Positions 33,685 to 40,509 of a stretch of 40,509 nucleotides of DNA are shown piece by piece. The translations under genes were made by a program, and so were the position numbers. The notes under the pieces are model-generated. The model ran no database searches, was not told the DNA's origin, and saw only the letters and a list, made by a program, of their open reading frames with translations. Origin of the DNA: Oscillospiraceae bacterium (lineage in GTDB: Bacteria; Bacillota; Clostridia; Oscillospirales; Oscillospiraceae); NCBI GenBank assembly GCA_031264545.1, contig JAISDV010000151.1, positions 1-40,509 of the forward strand. Reading direction: 5' to 3'. Each line of letters starts with the position of its first letter. The stretch's first letter is position 1.

Positions 33685-35163
33685 TTACAATTCTATGCTG
33701 CCGGTTGCCACGTTGCGGCAGAAGGCCGCGTCGTGCTCGACAAAGAGCAGGGTCGGCCGGCAGTCCAGAATGAGCGCTTCCAGCTGCATACGCGAGATAA
33801 CGTCGATATAATTGAGCGGCTCGTCCCAGACATAGAGGTGCGCCCGCTGCGAAAGGCTGCCCGCCAGAAGCGCCTTTTTCTTCATGCCCTCGCTGTAATC
33901 GGCCAGGTCCTTTTCAAAATCCGCCCGCGAGAGGCCGAGCTTCCTGAGCATCGCCCGAAAGAGGCTCGCGTCCAGCTCGCGTTCGCGCTCAAACGCGCCG
34001 AGACTGCCGGAAAGCCCGGCGCTGTCCTGCGGCACGCAGGAAACGACCAAGCCGGAGGCCATGAAAAAGGTGCCTTCGTCAGCGGACGCGCCGCCGCAAA
34101 AGAGCTTCAGCACGCTGGATTTGCCGCTGCCGTTTTTCCCGCACAGGGCGAGCCTGTCGCCCTGCCGGAGCGCAAAGCTCACGCCGGCGCAGGCCGTCCG
34201 CTCCCCATAGCGCAGCGAAACGTCCTTCAGCTCCGCGAGCCTTTCCGAGCGGAATTTCAGCGGCACGAGCTTGAGCGCCTCGCTGTCCTCCAGATTCCTG
34301 AGCAGCCCGGTTTTTTCCTCGAGCGCGTCCCGGCGGCGGTTTTCAATAGCCTTGGAGCGCTTCATCATTTTTGCGGATTTGTGCCCGATATAGCCGGTGT
34401 CCGGGCGCAGACCGGAATTTTTTGTCCCGTATTTCGTCTTTTCCACCCTGTCCGACCAGTCCGCCGTCCGCTTTACCGCGCCCTCCAGCCGTTTAATGTC
34501 CTTTTTCAGACGTTCATTTTTTTCAAGCTCAAAGCTGTCCTGAAGCGCCCGGCTGCGCTGCCAGGACGAGAAATTGCCCTTTTGGACCGTAATGTCCGCC
34601 CGGTCGATTGACAGCATGTGATCAACGCAGCCATCCAGGAAGTCCCGGTCGTGCGAGACGAGGATGAAACCCTTTTTGGCGTTCAGGTAGCGGCTCACGG
34701 CCTGCCTGCCCGCGAGATCGAGGTGGTTCGTCGGCTCGTCGATCAGCAGAAAGCCGCCGTCGCCCGCAAAGAGGACGGCGAGCGCGAGCTTTGTCTGCTC
34801 CCCATTGGAGAGCGTTGAAAACGGGCGCGCGAGCAGCTCGGGCGAGAGCCCGAGCAGGCCCGTCTCCCGCAGCAGCCGCCAGTCCTCATAAGCGCCGGCG
34901 GCGCTTCTCAGCGCTTCGGAAGCGGGTGCGCCGGGGTCGCGCGGCTCAAAGGGGAAATAGCGGAAATCGGCGTCCGCGCTGATCGTGCCCGCGCAGGGCA
35001 GCCGCCCGGCGAGGAGCTTCAGAAAGGTCGTCTTTCCGCGGCCGTTGCGCCCGGTGAAGCCGAGCTTCCAGTCCGTATCGAGGCGGAAGCTCACATTGTC
35101 AAAAATCATTTCGGGGCTGCCCTCATAGGCGAAGCTCAGATTTTTGACGTCTATCATCGACAT
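33685..35163 (-). CDS. ABC-F ribosomal-protection-type ATPase, Lsa family-like
   Basis: ATG 35163 has GGAGG 8 nt upstream. MSMIDVKNLSFAYEGSPEMIFDNVSFRLDTDWKLGFTGRNGRGKTTFL...LIDEPTNHLDLAGRQ...KMMKRSKAIENRR...VWDEPLNYIDV... is collinear with Lsa(A) as remembered. It has two ABC cassettes, a linker and no TM domain. Confidence 0.8.
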   Translation of the reverse strand: MSMIDVKNLSFAYEGSPEMIFDNVSFRLDTDWKLGFTGRNGRGKTTFLKLLAGRLPCAGTISADADFRYFPFEPRDPGAPASEALRSAAGAYEDWRLLRETGLLGLSPELLARPFSTLSNGEQTKLALAVLFAGDGGFLLIDEPTNHLDLAGRQAVSRYLNAKKGFILVSHDRDFLDGCVDHMLSIDRADITVQKGNFSSWQRSRALQDSFELEKNERLKKDIKRLEGAVKRTADWSDRVEKTKYGTKNSGLRPDTGYIGHKSAKMMKRSKAIENRRRDALEEKTGLLRNLEDSEALKLVPLKFRSERLAELKDVSLRYGERTACAGVSFALRQGDRLALCGKNGSGKSSVLKLFCGGASADEGTFFMASGLVVSCVPQDSAGLSGSLGAFERERELDASLFRAMLRKLGLSRADFEKDLADYSEGMKKKALLAGSLSQRAHLYVWDEPLNYIDVISRMQLEALILDCRPTLLFVEHDAAFCRNVATGSIEL

Positions 35164-35211
35164 GCCCATATCCTCCCGCGGAAAGCTGGCGCCATAGCGG
35201 CCGCATGGGCT

Positions 35212-35240
35212 ATTATAGGCTGTTTTTTGCGCGTGGGCAA
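35212..35240 (-). promoter_or_regulatory. promoter of the ABC-F gene
   Basis: Minus strand reads TTGCCC (35240-35235), 17 nt, then TATAAT (35217-35212). The leader is only about 45 nt. Confidence 0.45.
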
Positions 35241-35330
35241 GCACTTTTCTCATAGAGCGGGAAAGCGTTCCGCCGCCGCGCCGTCTGTAAGGGCGACCGT
35301 CCCCGGTCGCCCGCCCCCCGCGTCCGCCGG

Positions 35331-35359
35331 TTGAATTTATGGCGCTCCTGTGGTATACT
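35331..35359 (+). promoter_or_regulatory. promoter of the second Rrf2 gene
   Basis: TTGAAT (35331-36), 17 nt, TATACT (35354-59). Confidence 0.5.
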
Positions 35360-35420
35360 GGGCGCAAACGGCCAAGGTCCCATCCGCGCGCGCATGGCGG
35401 CGCCGTTAGGAAGTGAAGGA

Positions 35421-35843
35421 ATGAAAATATCCACAAGGGGCCGGTATGCCCTGCGGCTTATGCTGGATCTGGCGCTCAACGACCGGGACCAGTATGTGAC
35501 GATCAAAAGCGTCTCCGAGCGCCAGGCGGTCTCCGGAAAATACCTCGAGCAGATCATCTCCGTTCTCAGCCGGGCGGGCTATGTGCGGAGCGTGCGCGGC
35601 GCGCTGGGCGGCTATAAGCTCGCCTACCCCGCCGGAGACTATACCGTCGGGATGATCCTGCGCCTGATCGAAGGGAGCCTCGCGCCCGTCGCCTGCATGG
35701 AGGACGACCCGAACCAATGTCCGCGCCACGAAAGCTGCGTGACCCTGAACGTGTGGCGGAAAATCGACCGGGCGGTGAGCGGGGTGGTGGACAATATCAC
35801 CCTCGCGGACCTCGCGGCGGAGCAGCGGGCGTCTCAAGCTTGA
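35421..35843 (+). CDS. Rrf2-family transcriptional regulator (second copy, three-Cys motif)
   Basis: ATG 35421 follows GAAGGA. The product begins MKISTRGRYALRLMLDLALN... and has C-x7-C-x5-C (PVACMEDDPNQCPRHESCV). Confidence 0.85.
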   Translation: MKISTRGRYALRLMLDLALNDRDQYVTIKSVSERQAVSGKYLEQIISVLSRAGYVRSVRGALGGYKLAYPAGDYTVGMILRLIEGSLAPVACMEDDPNQCPRHESCVTLNVWRKIDRAVSGVVDNITLADLAAEQRASQA

Positions 35844-35855
35844 ATATAGGCTTTT

Positions 35856-35888
35856 AATCCACGGCCGCCGCCCGCGTCCGTGGATTTT
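35856..35888 (+). terminator. terminator-like hairpin after the second Rrf2 gene
   Basis: AATCCACGG (35856-64), a 13-nt GC loop, CCGTGGATT (35878-86), followed by TTCGG. Confidence 0.5.
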
Positions 35889-35910
35889 CGGCGCTTATAT
35901 GAAAAGACGC

Positions 35911-35939
35911 TTGACAAGCGCGCGGAGATACGCTAATAT
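35911..35939 (+). promoter_or_regulatory. metY promoter
   Basis: TTGACA (35911-16), 17 nt, TAATAT (35934-39). Confidence 0.55.
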
Positions 35940-35940
35940 A

Positions 35941-35972
35941 GAATTCATACTAAAGTTGTATGAATTCAGGTT
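35941..35972. promoter_or_regulatory. 10-7-10 perfect inverted repeat at the metY transcription start (operator candidate, or diverged copy of the palindromic repeat family)
   Basis: GAATTCATAC (35941-50), TAAAGTT, GTATGAATTC (35958-67), followed by AGGTT. The right arm plus flank, TGAATTCAGGTT, is identical to the E1 arm. Confidence 0.55.
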
Positions 35973-36106
35973 AAAAAAAGGGGGCGCAGCCGCGTGTATT
36001 CGGTCGTTTTCAAAATGCTTCGGCACAACTTCAGGTTCGGACGAATGTGCGGCCGTAAGCAGTCTTAACGTATTCGAAAAAAGAAAGTAAAGAAAGAAGG
36101 CTTACA

Positions 36107-37384
36107 ATGTCAGCCAGACAATATAAATTCGAGACGCTCCAGCTCCATGTGGGGCAGGAGCAGCCGGACCCCGCCTCCGACGCGCGCGCGGTCCCCATTT
36201 ACCAGACCAGCTCCTATGTTTTCAAGAATTCGGCCCATGCCGCCGCGCGCTTCGGCCTGGCCGATCCGGGCAATATCTACAGCAGACTGACAAACTCCAC
36301 GCAGGATGTCTTTGAAAAGCGGATAGCGGCGCTCGAGGGCGGCGTCGCGGCGCTGGCCGTCGCCTCCGGCGCGGCCGCCGTGACCTATGCCATCCTGAAT
36401 CTGGCCGGGGCCGGCGACCATATCGTCTCGGCAAAAACCATCTACGGCGGGACCTATAATCTCCTGAAACACACGCTGCCGCAGTACGGCATCACGACGC
36501 GCTTTGTCGACCCCGCGGAGGCGGGCGCGTTTGAAAAGGCGATACAGCCCAATACAAAGGCCGTCTTTATCGAGACGCTGGGCAACCCGAATTCCGACGT
36601 CATCGACATAGAGAAGCTGGCTCAAACCGTCCACGCGCACAAAATTCCGCTTATCGTCGACAACACCTTTGCCACGCCCTACCTGGTCCGCCCCTTTGAA
36701 TACGGGGCCGACATCGTTGTGCATTCGGCCACGAAATTCATCGGCGGCCACGGCACGGCCATCGGCGGCGTGATCGTCGACGGCGGAAGCTTCGACTGGG
36801 CGGGCAGCGGGAAATTCCCCGGCCTGACCGAGCCGAACCCGAGCTATCACGGCATCAGCTTTGCCCAAGCGGGCGGCGCCGCGGCCTACGCCCTGCGGGC
36901 GCGGGCCATCCTGCTGCGCGACACGGGCGCGACGCTCGCCCCCGTTCATGCCTTCATCTTCCTGCAGGGGCTGGAGACGCTCTCCCTGCGCGTCGAGCGC
37001 CATGTTGAGAACGCGCTGAAGGTCGTCGACTTCCTCTCGAACCACCCGAAGGTGCTCAGGGTCAATCACCCCGCGCTGAGCGGGCACCCCGATCACGCGC
37101 TTTACGAGAAATATTTCCCCCGAGGCGGCGGCTCCATCTTCACCTTCGAGATCGCGGGCGGCGCGGAGGCGGCGCAGGCGTTTATCGACCGGCTCGAGCT
37201 GTTTTCCCTGCTCGCGAACGTCGCGGACGCGAAATCGCTCGTGATCCATCCGGCCAGCACGACCCATTCGCAGCTCAGCGAGGCGGAGCTTGCAGACCAG
37301 GGCATCAAGCCCAATACGGTCAGGCTTTCCGTCGGCTTGGAGCATATCGACGATCTCCTCGCCGATCTGGCCCGGGCGTTCTGA
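36107..37384 (+). CDS. metY: O-acetylhomoserine aminocarboxypropyltransferase / sulfhydrylase (Cys/Met PLP family)
   Basis: 425 aa reading MSARQYKFETLQLHVGQEQPDPASDARAVPIYQTSSYVF...HSATKFIGGHG (PLP Lys)...TTHSQL. Confidence 0.9.
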   Translation: MSARQYKFETLQLHVGQEQPDPASDARAVPIYQTSSYVFKNSAHAAARFGLADPGNIYSRLTNSTQDVFEKRIAALEGGVAALAVASGAAAVTYAILNLAGAGDHIVSAKTIYGGTYNLLKHTLPQYGITTRFVDPAEAGAFEKAIQPNTKAVFIETLGNPNSDVIDIEKLAQTVHAHKIPLIVDNTFATPYLVRPFEYGADIVVHSATKFIGGHGTAIGGVIVDGGSFDWAGSGKFPGLTEPNPSYHGISFAQAGGAAAYALRARAILLRDTGATLAPVHAFIFLQGLETLSLRVERHVENALKVVDFLSNHPKVLRVNHPALSGHPDHALYEKYFPRGGGSIFTFEIAGGAEAAQAFIDRLELFSLLANVADAKSLVIHPASTTHSQLSEAELADQGIKPNTVRLSVGLEHIDDLLADLARAF

Positions 37385-37435
37385 GCCCGGCCGCGGGACC
37401 CGCGTCCGGCGTTTACGGTCAAGGAACAGCGCTAT

Positions 37436-37477
37436 GGAAAGACCGCGTTTCAGCGTCCGCTGAAACGCGGTCTTTCC
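37436..37477 (+). terminator. 19-bp hairpin after metY
   Basis: GGAAAGACCGCGTTTCAGC, loop GTCC, GCTGAAACGCGGTCTTTCC. The trailing T-tract is weak (TGTCGG). Confidence 0.6.
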
Positions 37478-37526
37478 TGTCGGAGCCCGGGATTGTTACG
37501 GTTATGTAACAAACGCGGGGGAGCGC

Positions 37527-37555
37527 TTGACCGATACCGCCAAAGGTGTTAACAT
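37527..37555 (+). promoter_or_regulatory. promoter of the S-layer protein gene
   Basis: TTGACC (37527-32), 17 nt, TAACAT (37550-55), preceded by TGt. This gives a 5' UTR of about 135 nt. Confidence 0.45.
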
Positions 37556-37698
37556 AATGGCTGTAATTGGCAGGGGCGCCTTGCCCGTTCCCCCGGTACC
37601 GCCGCGCGATGGTTGGCCATGGATATCCGAATCATCGGGCGTTTGTACATATTCCGGCCCCGGAAAGGGGTACTATATTAAAGGAGGAGATTCATAGA

Positions 37699-40014
37699 AT
37701 GAAATCTCTGAACAGAACGCTCAGTCTCACGCTTGTTCTGGTTCTGGTGCTCGGCCTGGTCGGCGTCGCTTCCGCGTCGTCCTTCACTGACGATGCCAGC
37801 ATCCAGTACAATGAGGCGGTCGATGTCATGACCGGCATCGGAGCGATCAACGGCATGGGCGACGGGACTTTCGCGCCCAAGGGCAATCTCACCCGCGCGC
37901 AGGCGGCCAAGCTGGTCGCTTATACCGTGCTCGGCGCGGATATTGCCGAGATCCTGCCCGTCAAGGCGTCCACCTTCAAGGACGTCGACGTAAACGCCTA
38001 CGCGTGGGCGATCCCCAGCATTGAGTATCTCGTCAACGAGGGCGTCATCAACGGCTTGGGCGACGGGACCTTTGACCCCAACGGCAACGTCACCGGCTAC
38101 CAGCTGGCCAAGATGCTGCTCGTCGCGCTCGGCATCAAGGGTGAGTTCACAGGCGCGTCCTGGGAGCTCAACACCGCGATCGCGGCGAATAAGGCCGGAC
38201 TGCTCACCGGCAGTAAGGCGACCAGCTTCACGGCCGCCGCTACCCGCGAGGAAGCCGCGCTCTACTGCTTCAATGCCATCCTCTACAGCCCGACGGCCAC
38301 GGCCGGCAATCAGATTTGGGGAATCGTTGACTGGGATGTCAGCGGAGCTAATCCTCTTCCCATTTATGGCTGGGTTCAGGTTCCCACTGTTACTACCGGC
38401 TCCATCGCGGACTCCGTTTACGGGTTAATCTCTGATGAGGGTGTCGATGATTTCGGTCGTCCTGACTTCCGTCTCTGGGCTTACAAGAATGAGGTCATTT
38501 CCCTCCATCAGACCGTCGCGCCCAAGCTGACTTATACGACGGCGGTCTCCGGCGCGAAGATCTTTGCCGACCTGAAGCTCTCCCGCAACGTAGTGGCAGT
38601 CACCTATGAAGATACCTGGGTTACCAACGGTACTTTTAACGTCTTCTATAACAACACCGCGGCCACTATCGGCGGCAACGGCGCGCTGACTGAGGTCTAT
38701 GTCGATTCCGCCACCGGCGGCATCATCATTGTCGTCGTCAACACTTACGTTGGAACGGTCACTGCCGTCACTGCGGCCACCGCTGTTTCCAAGGCGAGCG
38801 TCACTGTCACCGCAAATGCCGCCGCTAAGATCGACAACGCCTTTGTTTCTGGTGAGATCGAGGCAAGCGGATATAAGGTCAATGACGTTGTGCTTTATAC
38901 TGTCGCCAAGACCAGCCTTAATCCTAACTTTGAGGTCGAGTCTGTCGAAGCGGCCGAAGCTGAGACCTTGACGGCCAGCTCCTATATCGCCGGTGTCAGC
39001 TTTGTTGCCGGCGGCGCCACGTATCAGTACAGTGCGAAAAAAGCTCAGACCATTGCCGACTTCGCCCCGCACACCGTCTATTTTGACGGCAACGGCTATG
39101 TCATCGACTACACTGGCGCGAATGTTCCCACAAACTACGCGATCGTTCTCGCGGCGGGCATAACCGAAGACGGACTTGGCGGTCAGACTTTCAACGTCCA
39201 GCTCCTCAAGTCCGACGGTACGACCGAGGTCGTGAAGGGTAATGTCAATTACCCAGCAGCTCAATGGGTCGGCAAGATCGTGACCACCGCTGTCAACGCG
39301 ACCACCGGCGTTTACACGCTGACCGACCCGGCCAGCAGTGACTACTCTGGGGAGGTTATAAGTCTCAGGACTGGGGTTTCCCGCTTCACTTGGGACGGTG
39401 ATCCTTTCTATGCAAATGCGAACACCCTCTTCCTGGTCCGCTCCGGCGCTGGACCTTTCACCTACCAGGCTTACACCGGTGTCACCAGTGTGCCCGCCAT
39501 CTCCGGCAACGCTACCGGCGAGGTCGTCGTAAATAACGGCATTGCCTCGGTTGTGTATATCACCAACGGCGTCATCGAGGGTACTTCTGCCGGCGCCATA
39601 TACCTCACCGGAACCTATACGACCGTTCATATCTCTGGCGGCCAATACTACGTTTCCAACGCGATCGTGGACGGCGTCGTTAAGACGCTCGACCTGGCCG
39701 CCGTGCCTGTCCAGGGTCTCTACACCGGCATTACCTATAACGCCAACAACATCGGCACTATCGGCGCTGCCGCGACAACGGCACCTGATTCCCCCGCAAC
39801 CGGCACGGTCGCCGCGGCCAACGGCGTCGTCGGACTCGGCAATAATCCCTACTACACCTACACGGCTGATTGCGCGGTGTACTACGTCTCTACGACCGGC
39901 ATCGGCTCCGTTTCCAGCATCGCCGGCCTGTTGACCGACGCGAACGACATCGCTATCTTTACCGTCAACGCGCTCGGCCAGGTCACGTCGATCTACGTCC
40001 AAACTGTAGCCTGA
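37699..40014 (+). CDS. S-layer / cell-surface protein with three N-terminal SLH domains
   Basis: ATG 37699 follows AAGGAGGAG. The signal peptide is MKSLNRTLSLTLVLVLVLGLVGVASA. Three SLH repeats are present (FTDDASIQYNEAVDVMTGIGAINGMGDGTFAPKGNLTRAQAAKLV; FKDVDVNAYAWAIPSIEYLVNEGVINGLGDGTFDPNGNVTGYQLAKML; a third, degenerate one). About 600 aa of T/V/A/G/N-rich, Cys-free sequence follows. Confidence 0.85.
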   Translation: MKSLNRTLSLTLVLVLVLGLVGVASASSFTDDASIQYNEAVDVMTGIGAINGMGDGTFAPKGNLTRAQAAKLVAYTVLGADIAEILPVKASTFKDVDVNAYAWAIPSIEYLVNEGVINGLGDGTFDPNGNVTGYQLAKMLLVALGIKGEFTGASWELNTAIAANKAGLLTGSKATSFTAAATREEAALYCFNAILYSPTATAGNQIWGIVDWDVSGANPLPIYGWVQVPTVTTGSIADSVYGLISDEGVDDFGRPDFRLWAYKNEVISLHQTVAPKLTYTTAVSGAKIFADLKLSRNVVAVTYEDTWVTNGTFNVFYNNTAATIGGNGALTEVYVDSATGGIIIVVVNTYVGTVTAVTAATAVSKASVTVTANAAAKIDNAFVSGEIEASGYKVNDVVLYTVAKTSLNPNFEVESVEAAEAETLTASSYIAGVSFVAGGATYQYSAKKAQTIADFAPHTVYFDGNGYVIDYTGANVPTNYAIVLAAGITEDGLGGQTFNVQLLKSDGTTEVVKGNVNYPAAQWVGKIVTTAVNATTGVYTLTDPASSDYSGEVISLRTGVSRFTWDGDPFYANANTLFLVRSGAGPFTYQAYTGVTSVPAISGNATGEVVVNNGIASVVYITNGVIEGTSAGAIYLTGTYTTVHISGGQYYVSNAIVDGVVKTLDLAAVPVQGLYTGITYNANNIGTIGAAATTAPDSPATGTVAAANGVVGLGNNPYYTYTADCAVYYVSTTGIGSVSSIAGLLTDANDIAIFTVNALGQVTSIYVQTVA

Positions 40015-40071
40015 ACGTAACCGTATAAACCAATAAGCCAGCCTGAGTCTCAGGCAAGCTTTACAAACAGC

Positions 40072-40101
40072 AAAGGGCCCCCTCTCACGAGGGGGTCCTT
40101 T
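40072..40101 (+). terminator. terminator hairpin after the S-layer gene
   Basis: AAAGGGCCCCCTC, loop TCAC, GAGGGGGTCCTTT. The stem is 13 bp with one G-U pair. Confidence 0.65.
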
Positions 40102-40128
40102 GCACCGCCCGTCCCGCGGCGCTGTTCA

Positions 40129-40154
40129 AAACCTGAATTTATAGCGCGAAACGC
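40129..40154. repeat. half copy of the palindromic repeat family (inverted orientation)
   Basis: AACCTGAATTTATAGCGCGAAACGC compared with the minus-strand reading of E1, AACCTGAATTCACAGCGCGAAACGC. Confidence 0.65.
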
Positions 40155-40358
40155 CGTCTAAGCGGCTATTTTTCGCCGTTCCGCGTTAAGTTTTCTTGAA
40201 ATACAGCTAAGTATTCCCGCAAAAATTTGCCTCGCCTGGCAACCCCCCGGCGTGCCTATCCGGTATTCCTCGATATGAATACAGGTTCTTACTATTGCCC
40301 TTGCCGGAACGGCTGTAATCGTGTATGATATTAGGGTCTTGAAGGGGGGCTGTTATCT

Positions 40359-40509
40359 GTGGCGGACAATCATAAAATTCAATTATTTGAAGATCGGCGC
40401 ATACGCACTGCATGTGACGAGGAAAAATAGGAATGGTACTTTTCCGTCGTCGACGTGGTCGAGGTACTGACCGGCACTGAGAACCCGCGCCGTTATTGGA
40501 GTGACCTGA
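40359..40509 (+). pseudogene. Bro-N/DinD-like gene, copy B, with an in-frame TAG (runs off the right edge)
   Basis: GTG 40359 follows GAAGGGGGG. The product reads ADNHKIQLFEDRRIRTACDEEK*EWYFSVVDVVEVLTGTENPRRYWSDL, with the stop at 40428-40430. The promoter is TTGCCG (40301-06), 17 nt, TGTATGAT (-10 at 40324-29). A repeat-family half site ATGAATACAGGTTCTTA sits at 40274-40290. Confidence 0.6.

Noticed and set aside
35164-35436. 91-codon N-terminal extension of the ABC-F ORF, and alternative ATGs at 35169 and 35157
   Set aside because: The extension covers the divergent Rrf2 promoter and reads as junk. GGAGG spacing is 2 nt for 35169 and 8 nt for 35163. Family alignment begins at MSMIDVKNLSF.
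35968-36106. Possible riboswitch or T-box in the long metY leader
   Set aside because: I looked for S-box (GAGGGA...GCAACC), SMK-box and T-box (specifier plus GGTGGTACCGCG) signatures and found none. Only weak pairings are possible, such as CCGC/ATTCG at 35990-36002 with CGAAT/GCGG at 36042-36052. The leader stays unexplained but there is no support for a known RNA element.
36110-37345. 411-aa minus-strand ORF opposite metY. The same applies to 38425..40002 opposite the S-layer gene, 29361..30989 opposite nifS/nifU, 28247..29185 opposite nadA, 1798..2856 opposite addB and 23943..24767 opposite rbr.
   Set aside because: All are antisense to confidently assigned genes. All are Arg/Gly/Ala-rich with no motifs and no ribosome-binding sites. 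They are GC-driven stop-codon depletion, not genes.
40155-40273. Idea that the repeat half sites at 40129-40154 and 40274-40290 are one palindrome split by a 119-bp insertion
   Set aside because: The right half site belongs to the Bro-N-like unit and occurs in the same position in copy A (25458) without a nearby left half. The juxtaposition may be coincidental. No target-site duplication or coding capacity is seen in the 119 bp.
40207-40413. 68-aa minus-strand ORF at the right edge
   Set aside because: It overlaps the conserved promoter, RBS and start of the Bro-N-like unit on the other strand. It has no RBS and its composition is not protein-like.

Overview
High-GC, Clostridia-type chromosomal window. 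Taxonomy is an inference from AddAB instead of RecBCD, an SLH S-layer protein plus CsaB, a THF riboswitch close to the Eubacterium siraeum example, and PerR-rubrerythrin.

Most of it is housekeeping:
- Plus strand: addB-addA, then folC, a THF riboswitch, folT and ruvX.
- Minus-strand block: rpmG-secE-nusG-rplK-rplA, deoD, a GT39 glycosyltransferase, a PHP phosphatase, rpiB and rpmE.
- Also present: a DUF4349 lipoprotein, a PurN-like protein, a GT4-CsaB fusion, two GNAT genes, perR-rbr and a YbaK-like deacylase.
- An Fe-S themed locus: a frameshifted 2-hydroxyacyl-CoA dehydratase-like gene divergent from Rrf2-nadA-nifS-nifU.
- A histidine-rich protein plus CooT pair, a lower-GC AAA+/DUF234 ATPase and an Lsa-like ABC-F protein.
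- A second Rrf2 regulator next to metY, and a 771-aa triple-SLH S-layer protein.

No CRISPR array, tRNA, rRNA, transposase or recognisable multi-gene defence system was seen.

Most noteworthy observations:
1. A dehydratase-family gene is broken exactly at a G_GGA_AAA heptamer.
2. A dispersed palindromic repeat family (core AACCTGAATTCACAGCG/CGCTGTGAATTCAGGTT) occurs as two full and several partial copies. One sits on the metY promoter and one between nadA and nifS.
3. Two differently decayed copies of a Bro-N-like gene unit are present.
4. A PurN paralogue has all three catalytic residues replaced.
5. A His-rich/CooT nickel-chaperone-like pair has no client enzyme nearby.
6. A lower-GC orphan AAA+ ATPase carries a D..ExK nuclease-like C-terminus.

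All family calls come from reading the translations and from memory of motifs. None was verified by a search.
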